The notes beneath the pieces were generated by a model that was not told the origin of the DNA, did no database searches, and worked only from the letters and a program-made list of their open reading frames with translations. A program made the position numbers and the translations under genes. A stretch of DNA of 64,000 bases from contig NIVC01001899.1 in NCBI GenBank assembly GCA_002269645.1, positions 159,855 through 223,854 of the forward strand, written 5' to 3'. This document shows, one piece after another, positions 1 to 14,627 of this stretch (position 1 is the first letter of the stretch; every line of letters begins with the position of its first letter). The DNA is from Macrostomum lignano. Taxonomy: Eukaryota.

Positions 1-330
1 ACAGACCAAACAGCCCCGCGACCCCACAGACCAAACAGCCCCGCGACCCACAGACCAAACAGCCCCGCGACCCACAGATCAAACAGCCCCGCCACCCACA
101 GACCAAACAGCCCCGCCACCCCACAGACCAAACAGCCCCGCCACCCCACAGACCAAACAGCCCCGCCACCCCACAGATCAAACAGCCCCGCCACCCCACA
201 GACCAAACATCCCCGCCACCCCACAGACCAAACAGCCCCGCCACCCCACAGATCAAACAGCCCCGCCACCCCACAGACCAAACATCCCCGCCACCCCACA
301 GACCAAACAGCCCCCCGCCTCTCAGACCTA
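1..330. repeat. Minisatellite, 24-25 bp unit (CCCACAGACCAAACAGCCCCGC(C/G)A), running off the window start; intronic to the gene ending at 533
   Basis: Direct tandem repetition visible in the sequence. Confidence 0.95.
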
Positions 331-353
331 ATAGCTCCCGCACGTCTCCGCAG

Positions 354-533
354 ACGCACCAAAAGCAGCTGAGCGAGCGGATCGGCGCCCTTGAAAGCAC
401 TCTAGACAAGGAGCTCAAGAGCATCAAGTCCACACTACGGGACCTGGCCATTGTTGTGGCTGGCGGCCGCGGCTCGCAGACCGGGTCAAACAGGCGACCA
501 CAGGCGAACCATGGAACGGAAAGCAACGCCTAG
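354..533 (+). CDS. Terminal coding exon of a gene starting upstream of the window (THQKQLSERIGALESTLDKELKSIKSTLRDLAIVVAGG...ESNA*), coiled-coil-like
   Basis: ccgcag| acceptor at 353/354, 60 open GC-rich codons to TAG at 531-533, heptad-like leucines, AT-rich 3' UTR-like sequence downstream; family not identifiable. Confidence 0.6.
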   Translation, partial: THQKQLSERIGALESTLDKELKSIKSTLRDLAIVVAGGRGSQTGSNRRPQANHGTESNA

Positions 534-1099
534 AATCTCTATTGATTTTGGCTTCAAGAAATTTAATACGTATTCACTTCTCATTCTGAGCAGCTGCTAA
601 AGAGATATTTATACTTCGTACTTTTTACTCCAAGCAGGTTGTCAAATTTAAATACGAGCATTGCTGTGATTTTATCGCTCTGGTGTACGGTACGAGCACA
701 AACAATCTGTCTTCTGCTTTGGTCTCTGTGCTATTTTTTACTTTTTCGAACTCTTATTTCAGCAAAGTATTTCTTGCACCCCATCGTGCTAAAATACTGA
801 ATTTTATTTTAATTAAAGGAATTTTTTTAATCTCCAAGAAAGCCTTGTATTAACTGCTTTTGTAGCCAAACAGTTGTTTTAAGATTCCGTACTCTTTTTC
901 AACTCAAAATAGAAGTTCACGTGCAGGAAAATATTTATTTACTCCTGGATAAAATATTCTACATCATTTTTTGCCTTTTTCTTTATTAGCTATTACTTTA
1001 AAACAGTAGTGTGACTCTTTAAACGACTTAAAAATGATACCCATTCATCTACAATACTATTCACCCACGACTGCACCCTTTCGACCACAATAACAACCG

Positions 1100-2722
1100 T
1101 TAACTCACAACAGCACCTATTCACACGCAACAGCACCCATTCACTCACAAAAACACCCATTCACTCACAACAGCACCCATTCACTCACAACAGCACCTAT
1201 TCACACGCAACAGCACCCATTCACTCACAACAGCACCCATTCACTCACAACAGCACCCGTTAACTCACAACAGCACCCATTCACTCACAAAAACACCCAT
1301 TCACTCACAACAGCACCCATTCACTCACAACAGCACCCATTCACTCACAACAGCACCTATTCACACGCAACAGCACCCATTCACTCACAACAGCACCCAT
1401 TCACTCACAACAGCCATTCACTCACAACAGCACCTATTCACACGCAACAGCACCCATTCACTCACAACAGCACCCATTCACTCACAACAGCACCCATTCA
1501 CTCACAACAGCACCCATTCACTCACAACAGCACCCATTCACTCACAACAGCACCCATTCACTCACAACAGCACCCATTCACTCACAACAGCACCCATTCA
1601 CTCACAACAGCACCTATTCACACGCAACAGCACCCATTCACTCACAACAGCACCCATTCACTCACAACAGCACCCATTCACTCACAACAGCACCCATTCA
1701 CTCACAACAGCACCCATTCACACGCAACAGCACCCATTCACTCACAACAGCACCCATTCACACACAACAGCACCCATTCACTCACAACAGCACCCATTCA
1801 CTCACAACAGCACCCATTCACTCACAACAGCACCCATTCACACGCAACAGCACCCATTCACTCACAACAGCACCCATTCACTCACAACAGCACCCATTCA
1901 CTCACAACAGCACCCATTCACTCACAACAGCACCCATTCACTCACAACAGCACCCATTCACTCACAACAGCACCCATTCACTCACAACAGCACCCATTCA
2001 CTCACAACAGCACCTATTCACACGCAACGGCACCCATTCACTCACAACAGCACCCATTCACTCACAACAGCACCCATTCACTCACAACAGCACCTATTCA
2101 CACGCAACAGCACCCATTCACTCACAACAGCACCCATTCACTCACAACAGCACCCATTCACTCACAACAGCACCCATTCACTCACAACAGCACCCATTCA
2201 CTCACAACAGCACCCATTCACTCACAACAGCACCCATTCACTCACAACAGCACCCATTCACTCACAACAGCACCTATTCACACGCAACAGCACCCATTCA
2301 CTCACAACAGCACCCATTCACTCACAACAGCACCCATTCACTCACAACAGCACCCATTCACTCACAACAGCACCCATTCACACGCAACAGCACCCATTCA
2401 CTCACAACAGCACCCATTCACACACAACAGCACCCATTCACTCACAACAGCACCCATTCACTCACAACAGCACCCATTCACTCACAACAGCACCCATTCA
2501 CACGCAACAGCACCCATTCACTCACAACAGCACCCATTCACTCACAACAGCACCCATTCACTCACAACAGCACCCATTCACTCACAACAGCACCCATTCA
2601 CTCACAACAGCACCCATTCACTCACAACAGCACCCATTCACACACAAAACCACCCATTCACTCACAACAGCACCCATTCACTCACAACAGCACCCATTCA
2701 CTCACAACAGCACCCGTTCACC
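1100..2722. repeat. Minisatellite, 20 bp unit CACCCATTCACTCACAACAG (about 80 copies)
   Basis: Direct tandem repetition with recurring variant CACCTATTCACACGCAACAG. Confidence 0.97.
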
Positions 2723-3189
2723 CAGTGCTGCAGCCCTATCTCAACAGACTCGGAATCAAATATAATTAAGAAAGCAAAAGCTATACTTTGAAGTGTCAGA
2801 CAATGGTCTCGTTTAAATAATACTCGTTGAAAAATATAAATCAAAATTATCTTATAAGGGGCGGGAACATTCGCCGGAACAGACATAAGTGTCTCATGCT
2901 GTTATTTCTGAGAGCTCAAGCCGCAAGTATTATTCGCATGGAAATTACAGTACGGAAAAACATTACGTTTCTCATCACATCTGCTTTCAAGCTCTTAAAT
3001 TTAAACGAACAAAAACGACCCCCACCCGGCTTAGCTAGCAAGAAAGCTCGCACTTTTTCACTTTGTACAACAGCTAAAATTGAATACAAGAAATCAGTGG
3101 ATTCTTTAATATGAATCAGATCAAATATTCGAATTGGCTCAAAGAAAGAAAAGAAAGGAAGGAGAATAGAAAACAGGGAGGAGTGGATT

Positions 3190-4120
3190 GGGAGAAGAGC
3201 GGGGAGAGAAGGGGATGAGGAGAAGAGCAAGGAGAGAAGGGGATGAGGAGAAGAGCAAGGAGAGAAGGAGATGAGGAGAAGAGCGGGGAGAGAAGGGGAT
3301 GAGGAGAAGAGCAAGGAGAGAAGGGGATGAGGAGAAGAGCAGGGAGAAAAGGGGATGAGGCAAGGAGAGAAGGGGATGAGGAGAAGAGCGGGGAGAGAAG
3401 GGGATGAGGAGAAGAGCAAGGAGAGAAGGGGATGAGGAGAAGAGCAGGGAGAGAAGGGGTGAGGAGAAGAGCGGGGAGAGAAGGCGATGAGGAGAAGAGC
3501 AAGGAGAGAAGGGGATGAGGAGAAGAGCGGGGAGAGAAGGGGATGAGGAGAAGAGCAAGGAGAGAAGGAGATGAGGAGAAGAGCGGGGAGAGAAGGGGAT
3601 GAGGAGAAGAGCAAGGAGAGAAGGGGATGAGGAGAAGAGCAGGGAGAGAAGGGGATGAGGCAAGGAGAGAAGGGGATGAGGAGAAGAGCAAGGAGAGAAG
3701 GGGATGAGGAGAAGAGCAAGGAGAGAAGGGGATGAGGAGAAGAGCGGGGAGAGAAGGGGATGAGGAGAAGAGCAAGGAGAGAAGGGGATGAGGAGAAGAG
3801 CAGGGAGAGAAGGGGATGAGGAGAAGAGCGGGGAGAGAAGGGGATGAGGAGAAGAGCGGGGAGAGAAGGGGATGAGGAGAAGAGCAGGGAGAGAAGGGGA
3901 TGAGGAGAAGAGCAAGGAGAGAAGGGGATGAGGAGAAGAGCAGGGAGAGAAGGGGATGAGGCAAGGAGAGAAGGGGATGAGGAGAAGAGCGGGGAGAGAA
4001 GGGGATGAGGAGAAGAGCAAGGAGAGAAGGGGATGAGGAGAAGAGCGGGGAGAGAAGGGGATGAGGAGAAGAGCAAGGAGAGAAGGGGATGAGGAGAAGA
4101 GCAAGGAGAGAAGGGGATGG
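3190..4120. repeat. Purine-only (GA-rich) minisatellite, 28 bp unit GGAGAGAAGGGGATGAGGAGAAGAGCAA
   Basis: Tandem repetition; explains the spurious S/P/L-rich ORFs at 2916-4263. Confidence 0.95.
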
Positions 4121-4222
4121 GAAAACACGAGATCAGGGACAACTAGGACCATAAAAAGGACAGTTTTATTGACAATAAAACAATCAAAGCAAACAGCACA
4201 GAGGCCCTCGACTCTCCTGAAC

Positions 4223-4498
4223 TCAGACCCTGCCATCTGCAGTCCCAGCTGCCGCCTCTTCATCCGGCGGTGCCTCCTTATTCGGCGGATTGACAGTGTA
4301 GGGCTGGCCCTTGCCAGGACAGCGCAACTTATTGGCCAGCGCGGTCCGCCTCAGGTGCGTGATGGCGCAGGTAACCAGTGACAGTGCTGCCAGAGCGATC
4401 CCGATGAAGACCACCACAATGACTCTCTCGGGCGTGGCCAGCACGAACTGGGTCGGGCCCGGGCTGGTCACTCCTGGTGGCGCGGTGGTGTCGGCCAT
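4223..4498 (-). CDS. Putative 91-aa single-pass (type III-like) membrane microprotein
   Basis: ATG-initiated GC-rich ORF; T/P-rich N-terminus, one hydrophobic segment (VIVVVFIGIALAALSLVTCAIT) followed by basic residues, acidic C-terminus; no recognised family. Confidence 0.55.
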   Translation of the reverse strand: MADTTAPPGVTSPGPTQFVLATPERVIVVVFIGIALAALSLVTCAITHLRRTALANKLRCPGKGQPYTVNPPNKEAPPDEEAAAGTADGRV

Positions 4499-5076
4499 CT
4501 CACTGCTGCAGCTGCTGTCTTCTTTCAGCTAATTTTCAGCTTTTTCTCTTTACTCAAAAAGCAGAAATTTTTGACGGCTCTTGTCAACTGAATTGGTCAG
4601 ATCTCTTGCGCTATCTCACGTGGATCTTAAGTATAGCTCAAAGGTCTTAGATCGCTCGCCCTACAGCGGTCTTATCTGCTGTTGGCTGAATTCGGTGTAC
4701 ATTACTTTTGAGCGCAATCAACACCAGGGACTCACAACCTTTCTCTCTCTCTCTTTCTCTTTCTCTAGTTATTCTCGAAATTCAAAACTTCAGCCCTAAT
4801 CTCAACGGTCTGTCTGCAATAGCCAACGCCCTATAATATACATTGAGAATTTATTTAGTTTAAACGGCAGCAATACACAGCTTCCAAATGCGGTTAGTGA
4901 AAGTCAGTGAAATGCCGTGAGTCCAGTGCGGAGTGAATAACACCATTTTGTCGAAGTATATTTGTAGTTTAAACAGACCGGTATAATTCAAATTAAAATG
5001 GCGATATTGAAACAGCGTTAAAATACAAAGTTCACCTTGAAAAATTGCAACCCTAACTCTAACCCTAAACCCAGCA

Positions 5077-6699
<1,623 letters not shown>

Positions 6700-7255
6700 G
6701 GCTCAGGTACCTAAACACAGAGTTCTAGATTTTGGGGTAGCCACACACCACAAAGTTATTTATAAACGTTTTCAACGGAATTTCCATGCACATTGGACTT
6801 TTAATCAATTGTGTCAATGAAATTCTATTTTTCGATTCGTATCGGTCTGGTGCTAAAAACTTAAACAGTAGGGGTCTTGACAAGAGCACGAGGTTACGGT
6901 GATGTCACTAAGCGTAATCTTGTTTACATGATCATCAATAACACTTACTTCACAGACATAAAATGGCACTGCACTTGCAAATAATAAACAAATCAAAGGT
7001 TGAGGCCACACTGAAGGTCATACACCAACCTTTGACGTCCCTCAACCCCTTCTGCACTCTATCTAATTTGGTCCAGAGCCAATCAGGGGTATGTAGGGTG
7101 GGGGCAGAAAGGACAGCTGCGGGTTGAAAATAAGTGGCTATGTACACTCTGTGTGTACATACACTTGAATGTACATAGTAGCGCTAGCTAATTTATTCAA
7201 CTTTTGTTGGCCTATTCCTAGATCTGTAAAGGCTGTTGTCATTTATAGATTTAAC

Positions 7256-7845
7256 GGGGATTGCACTGACTGGGATTGCACTGACTGGGATTGCACTGAC
7301 TGGGATTGCACTGACTGGGATTGCACTGACTGGGATTGCACTGACTGGGATTGCACTGACTGGGATTGCACTGACTGGGATTGCACTGACTGGGATTGCA
7401 CTGACTGGGATTGCACTGACTGGGATTGCACTGACTGGGATTGCACTGACTGGGATTGCACTGACTGGGATTGCACTGACTGGGATTGCACTGACTGGGA
7501 TTGCACTGACTGGGATTGCACTGACTGGGATTGCACTGACTGGGATTGCACTGACTGGGATTGCACTGACTGGGATTGCACTGACTGGGATTGCACTGAC
7601 TGGGATTGCACTGACTGGGATTGCACTGACTGGGATTGCACTGACTGGGATTGCACTGACTGGGATTGCACTGACTGGGATTGCACTGACTGGGATTGCA
7701 CTGACTGGGATTGCACTGACTGGGATTGCACTGACTGGGATTGCACTGACTGGGATTGCACTGACTGGGATTGCACTGACTGGGATTGCACTGACTGGGA
7801 TTGCACTGACTGGGATTGCACTGACTGGGATACCACTGACTGGGG
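7256..7845. repeat. Perfect minisatellite, 15 bp unit GGGATTGCACTGACT (about 39 copies), between scramblase copies 1 and 2
   Basis: Exact tandem repetition with a degenerate 3' edge. Confidence 0.98.
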
Positions 7846-8218
7846 TTCCTCTGATTGGGGTTTTGCTATGTTGTGCCCGCTAAGCAGGGGAACTGCCAAG
7901 TTGTCCATCTACAAGTTCAAACATCGATTGTCAGGTTGTGGTTAAAATCTACGAGTACCTCTACGGAGATACATAAACAGTCAAAAAGCTACACATTGGC
8001 GATGCTCTATGAAGAGCGAAAAGCGTCGTTCAATTTTAACAAATGTTGGCATCAACTTTTCTTGTTTTATTAATCTCATAGCTTTATATTTCTGATAGAT
8101 AGATAGGCCGAGAACGCGGCTCATAAATAAGAGGATTTAACACAAGCGTGTGTCGAAGCATTGGCGCTAAACGATTACCAACGAATTTGCACAGTTTTTT
8201 TCGATTCAGTTAGTTCGG

Positions 8219-10085
8219 TCAGAACATCATTTCATTGGCTGTTTCATCGTGCTGCTTCTGCTGCTGCTCATTAGGGTGTGTGTACTGGTTCTGAGGCGGC
8301 GGGGCATGAAGCTGCTGCTCATTAGGGTGTGTGTACTGGTTCTGAGGCGGCGGGGCATGAAGCTGCTGCTCATTAGGGTGTGTGTACTGGTTCTGAGGCG
8401 GCGGGGCATGAAGCTGCTGCTCATTAGGGTGTGTGTACTGGTTCTGAGGCGGCGGGGCATGAAGCTGCTGCTCATTAGGGTGTGTGTACTGGTTCTGAGG
8501 CGGCGGGGCATGAAGCTGCTGCTCATTAGGGTGTGTGTACTGGTTCTGAGGCGGCGGAGCATGAAGCTGCTGCTCATTAGGGTGTGTGTACTGGTTCTGA
8601 GGCGGCGGAGCATGAGGTTGCTGCCCATTTGGGTGTGGATACTGATTCTGAGCGTTGATTTGCAATTGCTGCAGCTGAATATTCAGAGCCATCTGATACT
8701 GCATCATCATTTGATTTCGACGGCGATTCTGGCCAGCACCCATAGGTTGTAGATCAAAGTACATGAAGTCCTGCGGAGGTTTTAAGGAATGGTGAGGATG
8801 TCTGACACAACAAATCACAAATTACTGCTCTACGAATCGCTGCCATGGTACTGCTTGTACCATAGACAAATTAATTACCTACATGTAGGTCCTGGTCAGC
8901 GTGACGGAGACCGGCCATTCCAATTCCATGGCCTCCCAGATTCAGTGAATCGTTTAGTACTCCAGAAAAAATACCCGATCGAGGAAGACAGCGATTTCGA
9001 CCGATCAAATTAATTGGGGTTGCCAACACTGTCCTCTACGAACCGTATTTAAGGCTGGGCTTTCAACCCTGACAAATTCTTCTGAATCAATACTATTTGC
9101 TGTGCTAGAATTTTTTTAGACTCCTACAGGTCGGTCTACTCAGGTAAATTCATCCCGACTCACAAAAAGAATGCACGCTCCAATCAGGGTGAGCTTCATG
9201 TTCAGGTGCAAATCCTTCGGCATGTTGATGGTGAAAGTTTCCGCTCCAGGCACCATTAAACGCTGCGTGCCGGTGTTCAGCGTCTTAGTAATTGAGGCCA
9301 CCTGCGCCCCGGATCCTTCAGCTGAGGTCACCGGAAACTCCAACGGTTTAGAACCGGGGCAGCAGATGCAGTAGTCCAAACCGTCGATGCGAAACACTGC
9401 CTCGCCATTGGCGTCATTGATCATGTACCTAAAGCCGCTGCAACTGTACACCTGCTTGATCTGACCCACCGCTTGACCTGGCGGCGACTCTACAGTGATG
9501 TCGTCCATGTACTTTTCGCCACAGGCGCAGCATCCGATGCAGTTGGTCGATTTTGGCTTCCTCACAAACACCGCCGCCTCCCTGCCGGTAGAGTCCACTG
9601 CGCCGACAGTGAAGGCTCGATGACGTCGGAGCATGCCCAAATTCTGGTAGTCGCTTGAATCTTAAATTGATTTTTATCAGCCGCTCATTAAGTAGTCTCT
9701 CTGGTTCTAAATCAACTTTTTGAAGCCACCAACTGCCTACTCTCTTTTAAGAAGAAAATCTGCTCGTCGTTAACCGTCTTCAACGAGTACGAGTTCGGTA
9801 ATCGAACTCCAGTTAGGGCTGCAAGTTGAAGCGGAAAGTGAATGACAAGATACATGCATTAGTTTTGTTGCCAAATGCCAGAAGGTACTTATCTTGGTTT
9901 GTAATAAAATAATATTGCTACTCACTTGACATGATATCCTTTTTCTGCTGCAGTAGCACCGTTTCTAAAGTCAGCAGGTTCTCCAGTCTATCGCGATGAC
10001 TAGGCTCTGGTGCACCATCTAGAGGCAACGGATGCTGCCCTTGCAGTCCCGGATACGCCGGTGGTTCTGGCTCAATGCGACTCAT
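8219..10085 (-). CDS. PLSCR: Phospholipid scramblase family protein, copy 2 (428 aa) with a Q/N/P/H-rich 17-aa tandem-repeat C-terminal tail. Exons 10085-9926, 9818-9741, 9660-9164, 8770-8219
   Basis: GT-AG introns, phases 1/1/0 as in copy 1, 1287 nt in frame; N-terminal PPAY motif; CIGCCAC; KLTLIGACILF|DFMYFD; tail of 7 full copies of HAPPPQNQYTHPNEQQL (51-nt unit). Confidence 0.9.
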
Positions 10086-10245
10086 TTTCAAAGTACTCAA
10101 CTTTGAAAATTTTTCTCTTGAACGGCTGACACTTTTGATATGTAAAATACGCTCGTAGAGTCAAGTCTTGGCTGGAGAATTGGGCGAGCATTTTGCATGT
10201 CAGATTCAATTTCTCTCCCCATACATGCAGCTCTGAACCCACCAG

Positions 10246-10259
10246 GTTGCTATGACACC
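10246..10259. promoter_or_regulatory. RFX X-box-like motif GTTGCTATGACACC about 160 bp upstream of the copy 2 ATG
   Basis: One perfect half-site (GTTGCT), central AT, degenerate second half. Confidence 0.35.
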
Positions 10260-10869
10260 AGGAAACAGTACAGCCTAGCCAGGGGGAGGGGAAGAGAGAA
10301 TTTCTGTACTAAAAGCCACGCAGCGTACTGTGTTCCATTTGGCTTCGTCATTCCTTTGTTTGCATTTGCTCAGTAGAGTTCAGTACGTTTGACTATAGGG
10401 AACTAGCGGAGAGTTGGGCCTAACCAGTGTTTTCTCAAAAAATAGGCTTTAGCGCTGTTGACTTAAGCGGTAGGAGAGCCTATTTGTAGGTTGGCAAAAA
10501 TTTTACATACTGGTAATAGTCTTCGGAGAAGAGCCTGTTACTTGAATAAGCGAAGAAGCGAGATAAAAAGCTTCTAATCCATATATAATTATTCAAAAAA
10601 GAAGTTCAATATCGTCAATCTACAAGTATAGACAAAAATATCGTATCAGTTGAGACTTGAATCAAAATAACAATAAAAAGAAGCAATTTTACTTATTTAT
10701 TAAATGAATCACTCTCTTATGGTTTAAATTAATTAGTGAACTTAATAGCATATTACTTTCATATTCATTATATATACTCTTTTTTTGCAAAAAGAATTTC
10801 GGTTTCTTGACAGAAAAGATTAATTTTCACCATAATTTTTGTGCAACTACAATTTCATTTAGAACAACT

Positions 10870-12085
10870 GCCACTAGTGATGTTTTAGACATCACTGCTG
10901 TTGCTGTTTCCGTTCCTAATGCTGCTGTTGCTGCTTCTGATGCTGTTGGTGTTTGCTGCTGCTGCTGCTGCCTCTGATGCTATTGGTGTTTGCTGCTGCT
11001 GCTGCTGCCTCTGATGCTGTTGTTGCTGCTGCTGCTGCTGCTGCCTCTGATGCTATTGGTGTTTGCTGCTGCTGCTGCTGCCTCTGATGCTGTTGTTGCT
11101 GCTGCTGCTGCTGCTGCCTCTGATGCTATTGGTGTTTGCTGCTGCTGCTGCTGCCTCTGATGCTGTTGTTGCTGCTGCTGCTGCTGCTGCCTCTAATGCT
11201 ATTGCTGCTGCTGTTACAGCTGCTTCCGATGTCGCTGCTTATTTTGCTCTTTCTCTTGAGTCTGAATCTGCGGTACTGGAAACAGTGATGGAACAGGTCC
11301 TATAAGAAATTACATGCAAACAATAAGAACTGGAGATAGAAAGGTATGAGTCTAACTTTCAGAGGATCAACATGAAATCAGTTTGAAACTTGTGAAGCTG
11401 TTAAATTAAATTGTCAAATTTTCATGAAGGGACTTACGAACATAACACAGGCTCCAATCATGGTGATCTTCATATTCAGATGCATTTCCTTTGGCATGTT
11501 GTTGGAAAATGTGTCTGCTTCTTGAGCCACTATCTAAGCAGTGGTCGCACGCTCCTTAATAATCGAGGCCACTTGTCTCCCAGTGTTTCCGGCTTCCAAC
11601 ACCGACAGCTCGAGCTGAGACCCGTCCAGCACACAGCCGAGGCAGCACCTCCTGCCCTGAATGCGGAACAGAGGCTGCTGATTGGCATCCTCAAGAATGT
11701 ACACGCAATTGCTGCAGTTGTACACCTGCTTGACGCTGCCAACCAATTTTTCGGGTGGCGACTCAACAATCATTTCATCAATGCATTTTTCAGCGCAGCA
11801 GACACAGCAGCAGATGCATTTACATGTAGAGGGACTATCAGATCTATCAGGAAGGTGAGCAGTTTCTTATCAACTACTCGTAACATTAAGGGCGTACGCA
11901 AAATTCCTGCACTATTAAATTATTAGGCATGTCTGCTAGACTGGGTGAGTCGATATGCATGATTTATATGATGCTAATAGTTGGTATTATTAATAATCCG
12001 GCAATCGCACAGTTTGTGCTCACTATTTCCCATTTCCGTTATATTTGAGCTGAGTCGTTGAGTTGGGAAGAGAACTCCATATAGC
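10870..12085 (-). pseudogene. PLSCR: Scramblase copy 3, pseudogene. Exon 2 relic about 12085-12024, exon 3 about 11920-11438, last exon from 11299 with a decayed polyQ tail
   Basis: Homologous peptides (CICCCVCCAEKCIDEMIVESPPEKLVGSVKQVY...; QEADTFSNNMPKEMHLNMKITMIGACVMF|gtaagt). In-frame TAG at 11536-11534, frameshift near 11850, CAG>TAG-type stops and 37-nt (non-triplet) repeat units in the tail; exon 1 not recognisable. Confidence 0.8.
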
Positions 12086-12614
12086 TCGTAGATAGTCAAT
12101 TAAGTTTGCACATAGAAACAAACGGAATCAATTATAGGATAAAAAATTCTTGATGACTTAGGTAGATTAAAGTAAGAATGCTTCAAATACAGACAAGTTT
12201 AAATAAGAACTACTCGTCTCAAGTTCTGCACGAATGAACTTTGTTACCTTTTCCACATGCGAATAAAAAATAAAGCGTTCGAAACCAATAATGGACGTGC
12301 CAATACTAAAATAGACGTTAAAAAAGCAAATTCAATAGCGCTTTGATCCAGATAAATAAGTAGCAGTTAGTGACTAATAATTAAAGGCGGGGTAATGAGA
12401 GTTCTTGGAATGTGCGCATTCGTCGGAATGAGCTCATATATATATACAGGGTTAGCACACATGCAAGGCAATATGTTTGTGGAGCGCACATTTCTATCAC
12501 TGTGTTACTCCGACAACACCCCTTAATGATAGTATCCATAAAGCCTAAACCCTAATTGGTCGAATATGTAATATAAGTACGAGTCAAAACCTTAAATATC
12601 GTAACGAATAGCTG

Positions 12615-14627
12615 TTAGAACCGCTCCGGTTGTCCGTCCTCCTTTTGTACTGAGTAGAGTTGCTCTGCACTCATCGCTGGATTATCAAATTGTTGTTCTG
12701 AGTGCTGATGCTGCTGTTGCAGACCAGGCTGCTGGAACGGTTGCTGAAGCGGCTGTCCAGAAAGTTGCTGTTGCAGACCAGGCTGCTGGAACGGTTGCTG
12801 AAGCGGCTGTCCAGAAAGTTGCTGTTGCAGACCAGGCTGCTGGAACGGTTGCTGAAGCGGCTGTCCAGAAAACTGCTGTTGCAGACCAGGCTGCTGGAAC
12901 GGTTGCTGAAGCGGCTGTCCAGAAAACTGCTGTTGCAGACCAGGCTGCTGGAACGGTTGCTGAAGCGGCTGTCCAGAAAACTGCTGTTGCAGACCAGGCT
13001 GCTGGAACGGTTGCTGAAGCGGCTGTCCAGAAAACTGCTGTTGCAGACCAGGCTGCTGGAACGGTTGCTGAAGCGGCTGTCCAGAAAGTTGCTGTTGTAG
13101 ACCAGGCTGCTGGAACGGTTGCTGAAGCGGCTGTCCAGAAAGTTGCTGTTGCAGACCAGGCTGCTGGAACGGTTGCTGTGACGGCTTCTGCAGCAAGTTA
13201 AAAGCCATCTGCTGTTGCACCATTTGACCACTATGTGCATACGCTCCCGAGTGTTGATGAGAATCCCTCAGCGAAGTGTCGAAAAACAAGAAGTCCTGCG
13301 GAAAGATCAGGCAACGTTTCGTTTATGAGAAACAACACCTTTTCTACATCTTCTTTGGCTAAGTCAGTTTTTGTTTTACACGCTGTTTTGACTAGACCAT
13401 GTGCATAGACTATAGAGACTTTGCAATAAAATAAAAAACTCTCTATCCCTTGGGGGTTGGCTCTCGAGGGTGCCAACTCATGCTATTGTAATCGAACCAG
13501 AATTCGTATTCCCAACAACTTCTTTATGAGAAATCCAATCTAATTTCTACAAATCAAAAATACGGTAACGCATAAAACTCACGAATAGTACGCAGACTCC
13601 AATAAGTGTGATTTTCATTTCCAGGTGCAAATCCTTCGGCATATTGATCGTAAAGGTATCTGCTCCAGGAGTCATCATCTGCTGCATCGTGTTCATGTAG
13701 AACTTCTTAGTAATTGATGCCACAGGGTTCCCCGTACCGTCCGGCGCCGTCACTGGAAACTCAACCTGCGTCTGGCCAGTTACGCAGCACAGGGTGTAGC
13801 TCATGCCGTAGATGCGAAAAATAGCCTCGCCGTTGGCGTCCTGGATCATGTACATAGTAACGTTGCCGTTGTACACCTGCTTGATACAGCCCACCAGTTG
13901 TCCAGGCGGTGACTCGATAGTCATGTTGTCCATGTATTGTTCGTCCTTGGCGCAGCTGCCGACGCACTGCGTGGATTTGCGCTTTCTAGTAAACACGGCC
14001 GCTTCCCTGCCACCGGAGTCCACCGCGCTCACCGTGAATGGCCGATGAGGCTGGCACGTGCCGCCCGTTATGTAGCCGTTGGAAGCTGTGAGAGATTGGG
14101 CAATCAAATTTGCGTTTTTTTTGCATTTCAAACTATTGATTAGTGAACCTTGTATCGATTATTCAATACTGGACTATCGATTTATCGATTAGTAGGCTGC
14201 CTGACAGACATTTACCACGATATCAACAATCTATGAATGCTTGAGATATTCTGCCATTAAATTCCTATTTAAATTGCAGATAGAAATTGCAGCGCTCACT
14301 CTCTTTCATTTCGTAAATCAGCTCGTCGTTGTTCGTCTTCAGCGCGTAACATTTGGGCAGAGGAACCCTCGTTAGAGCTGCGGGAGTTTTGAGTGAGATA
14401 GAAACCAATATGAGTGCCAATTCAATTGTCATAAAGTACCTCGTGAACTATCTGGTAGGCAACTCACTTGTCATAAGATCTCTTTTCTGCTGCAGCAGCA
14501 CAGTCTCCAAAGGCAGAAGATACTCCAAGCCATTTCGACTCGGCTCCACTGCATCAATTGGCTGCTGCATCCAAGGCTGCTGCTGCTCCGGTGGTCCGGG
14601 ATACGGTGGTGGGTCAACGCTGCTCAT
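12615..14627 (-). CDS. PLSCR: Phospholipid scramblase family protein, copy 4 (473 aa) with an 18-aa Q/P-rich tandem-repeat C-terminal tail. Exons 14627-14468, 14377-14300, 14085-13583, 13295-12615
   Basis: GT-AG introns, phases 1/1/0, 1422 nt in frame; exon 1 (160 nt) and exon 2 (78 nt) same lengths as in copy 2; PPPY motif; KITLIGVCVLF|DFLFFD; 8 full copies plus one partial of QQPFQQPGLQQQ(L/F)SGQPL (54-nt unit). Confidence 0.9.

Noticed and set aside
11534-11536. Programmed stop-codon read-through in scramblase copy 3
   Set aside because: The same copy also has a frameshift, upstream stops, a degraded exon 2 and a broken tail, so pseudogenisation is more parsimonious.
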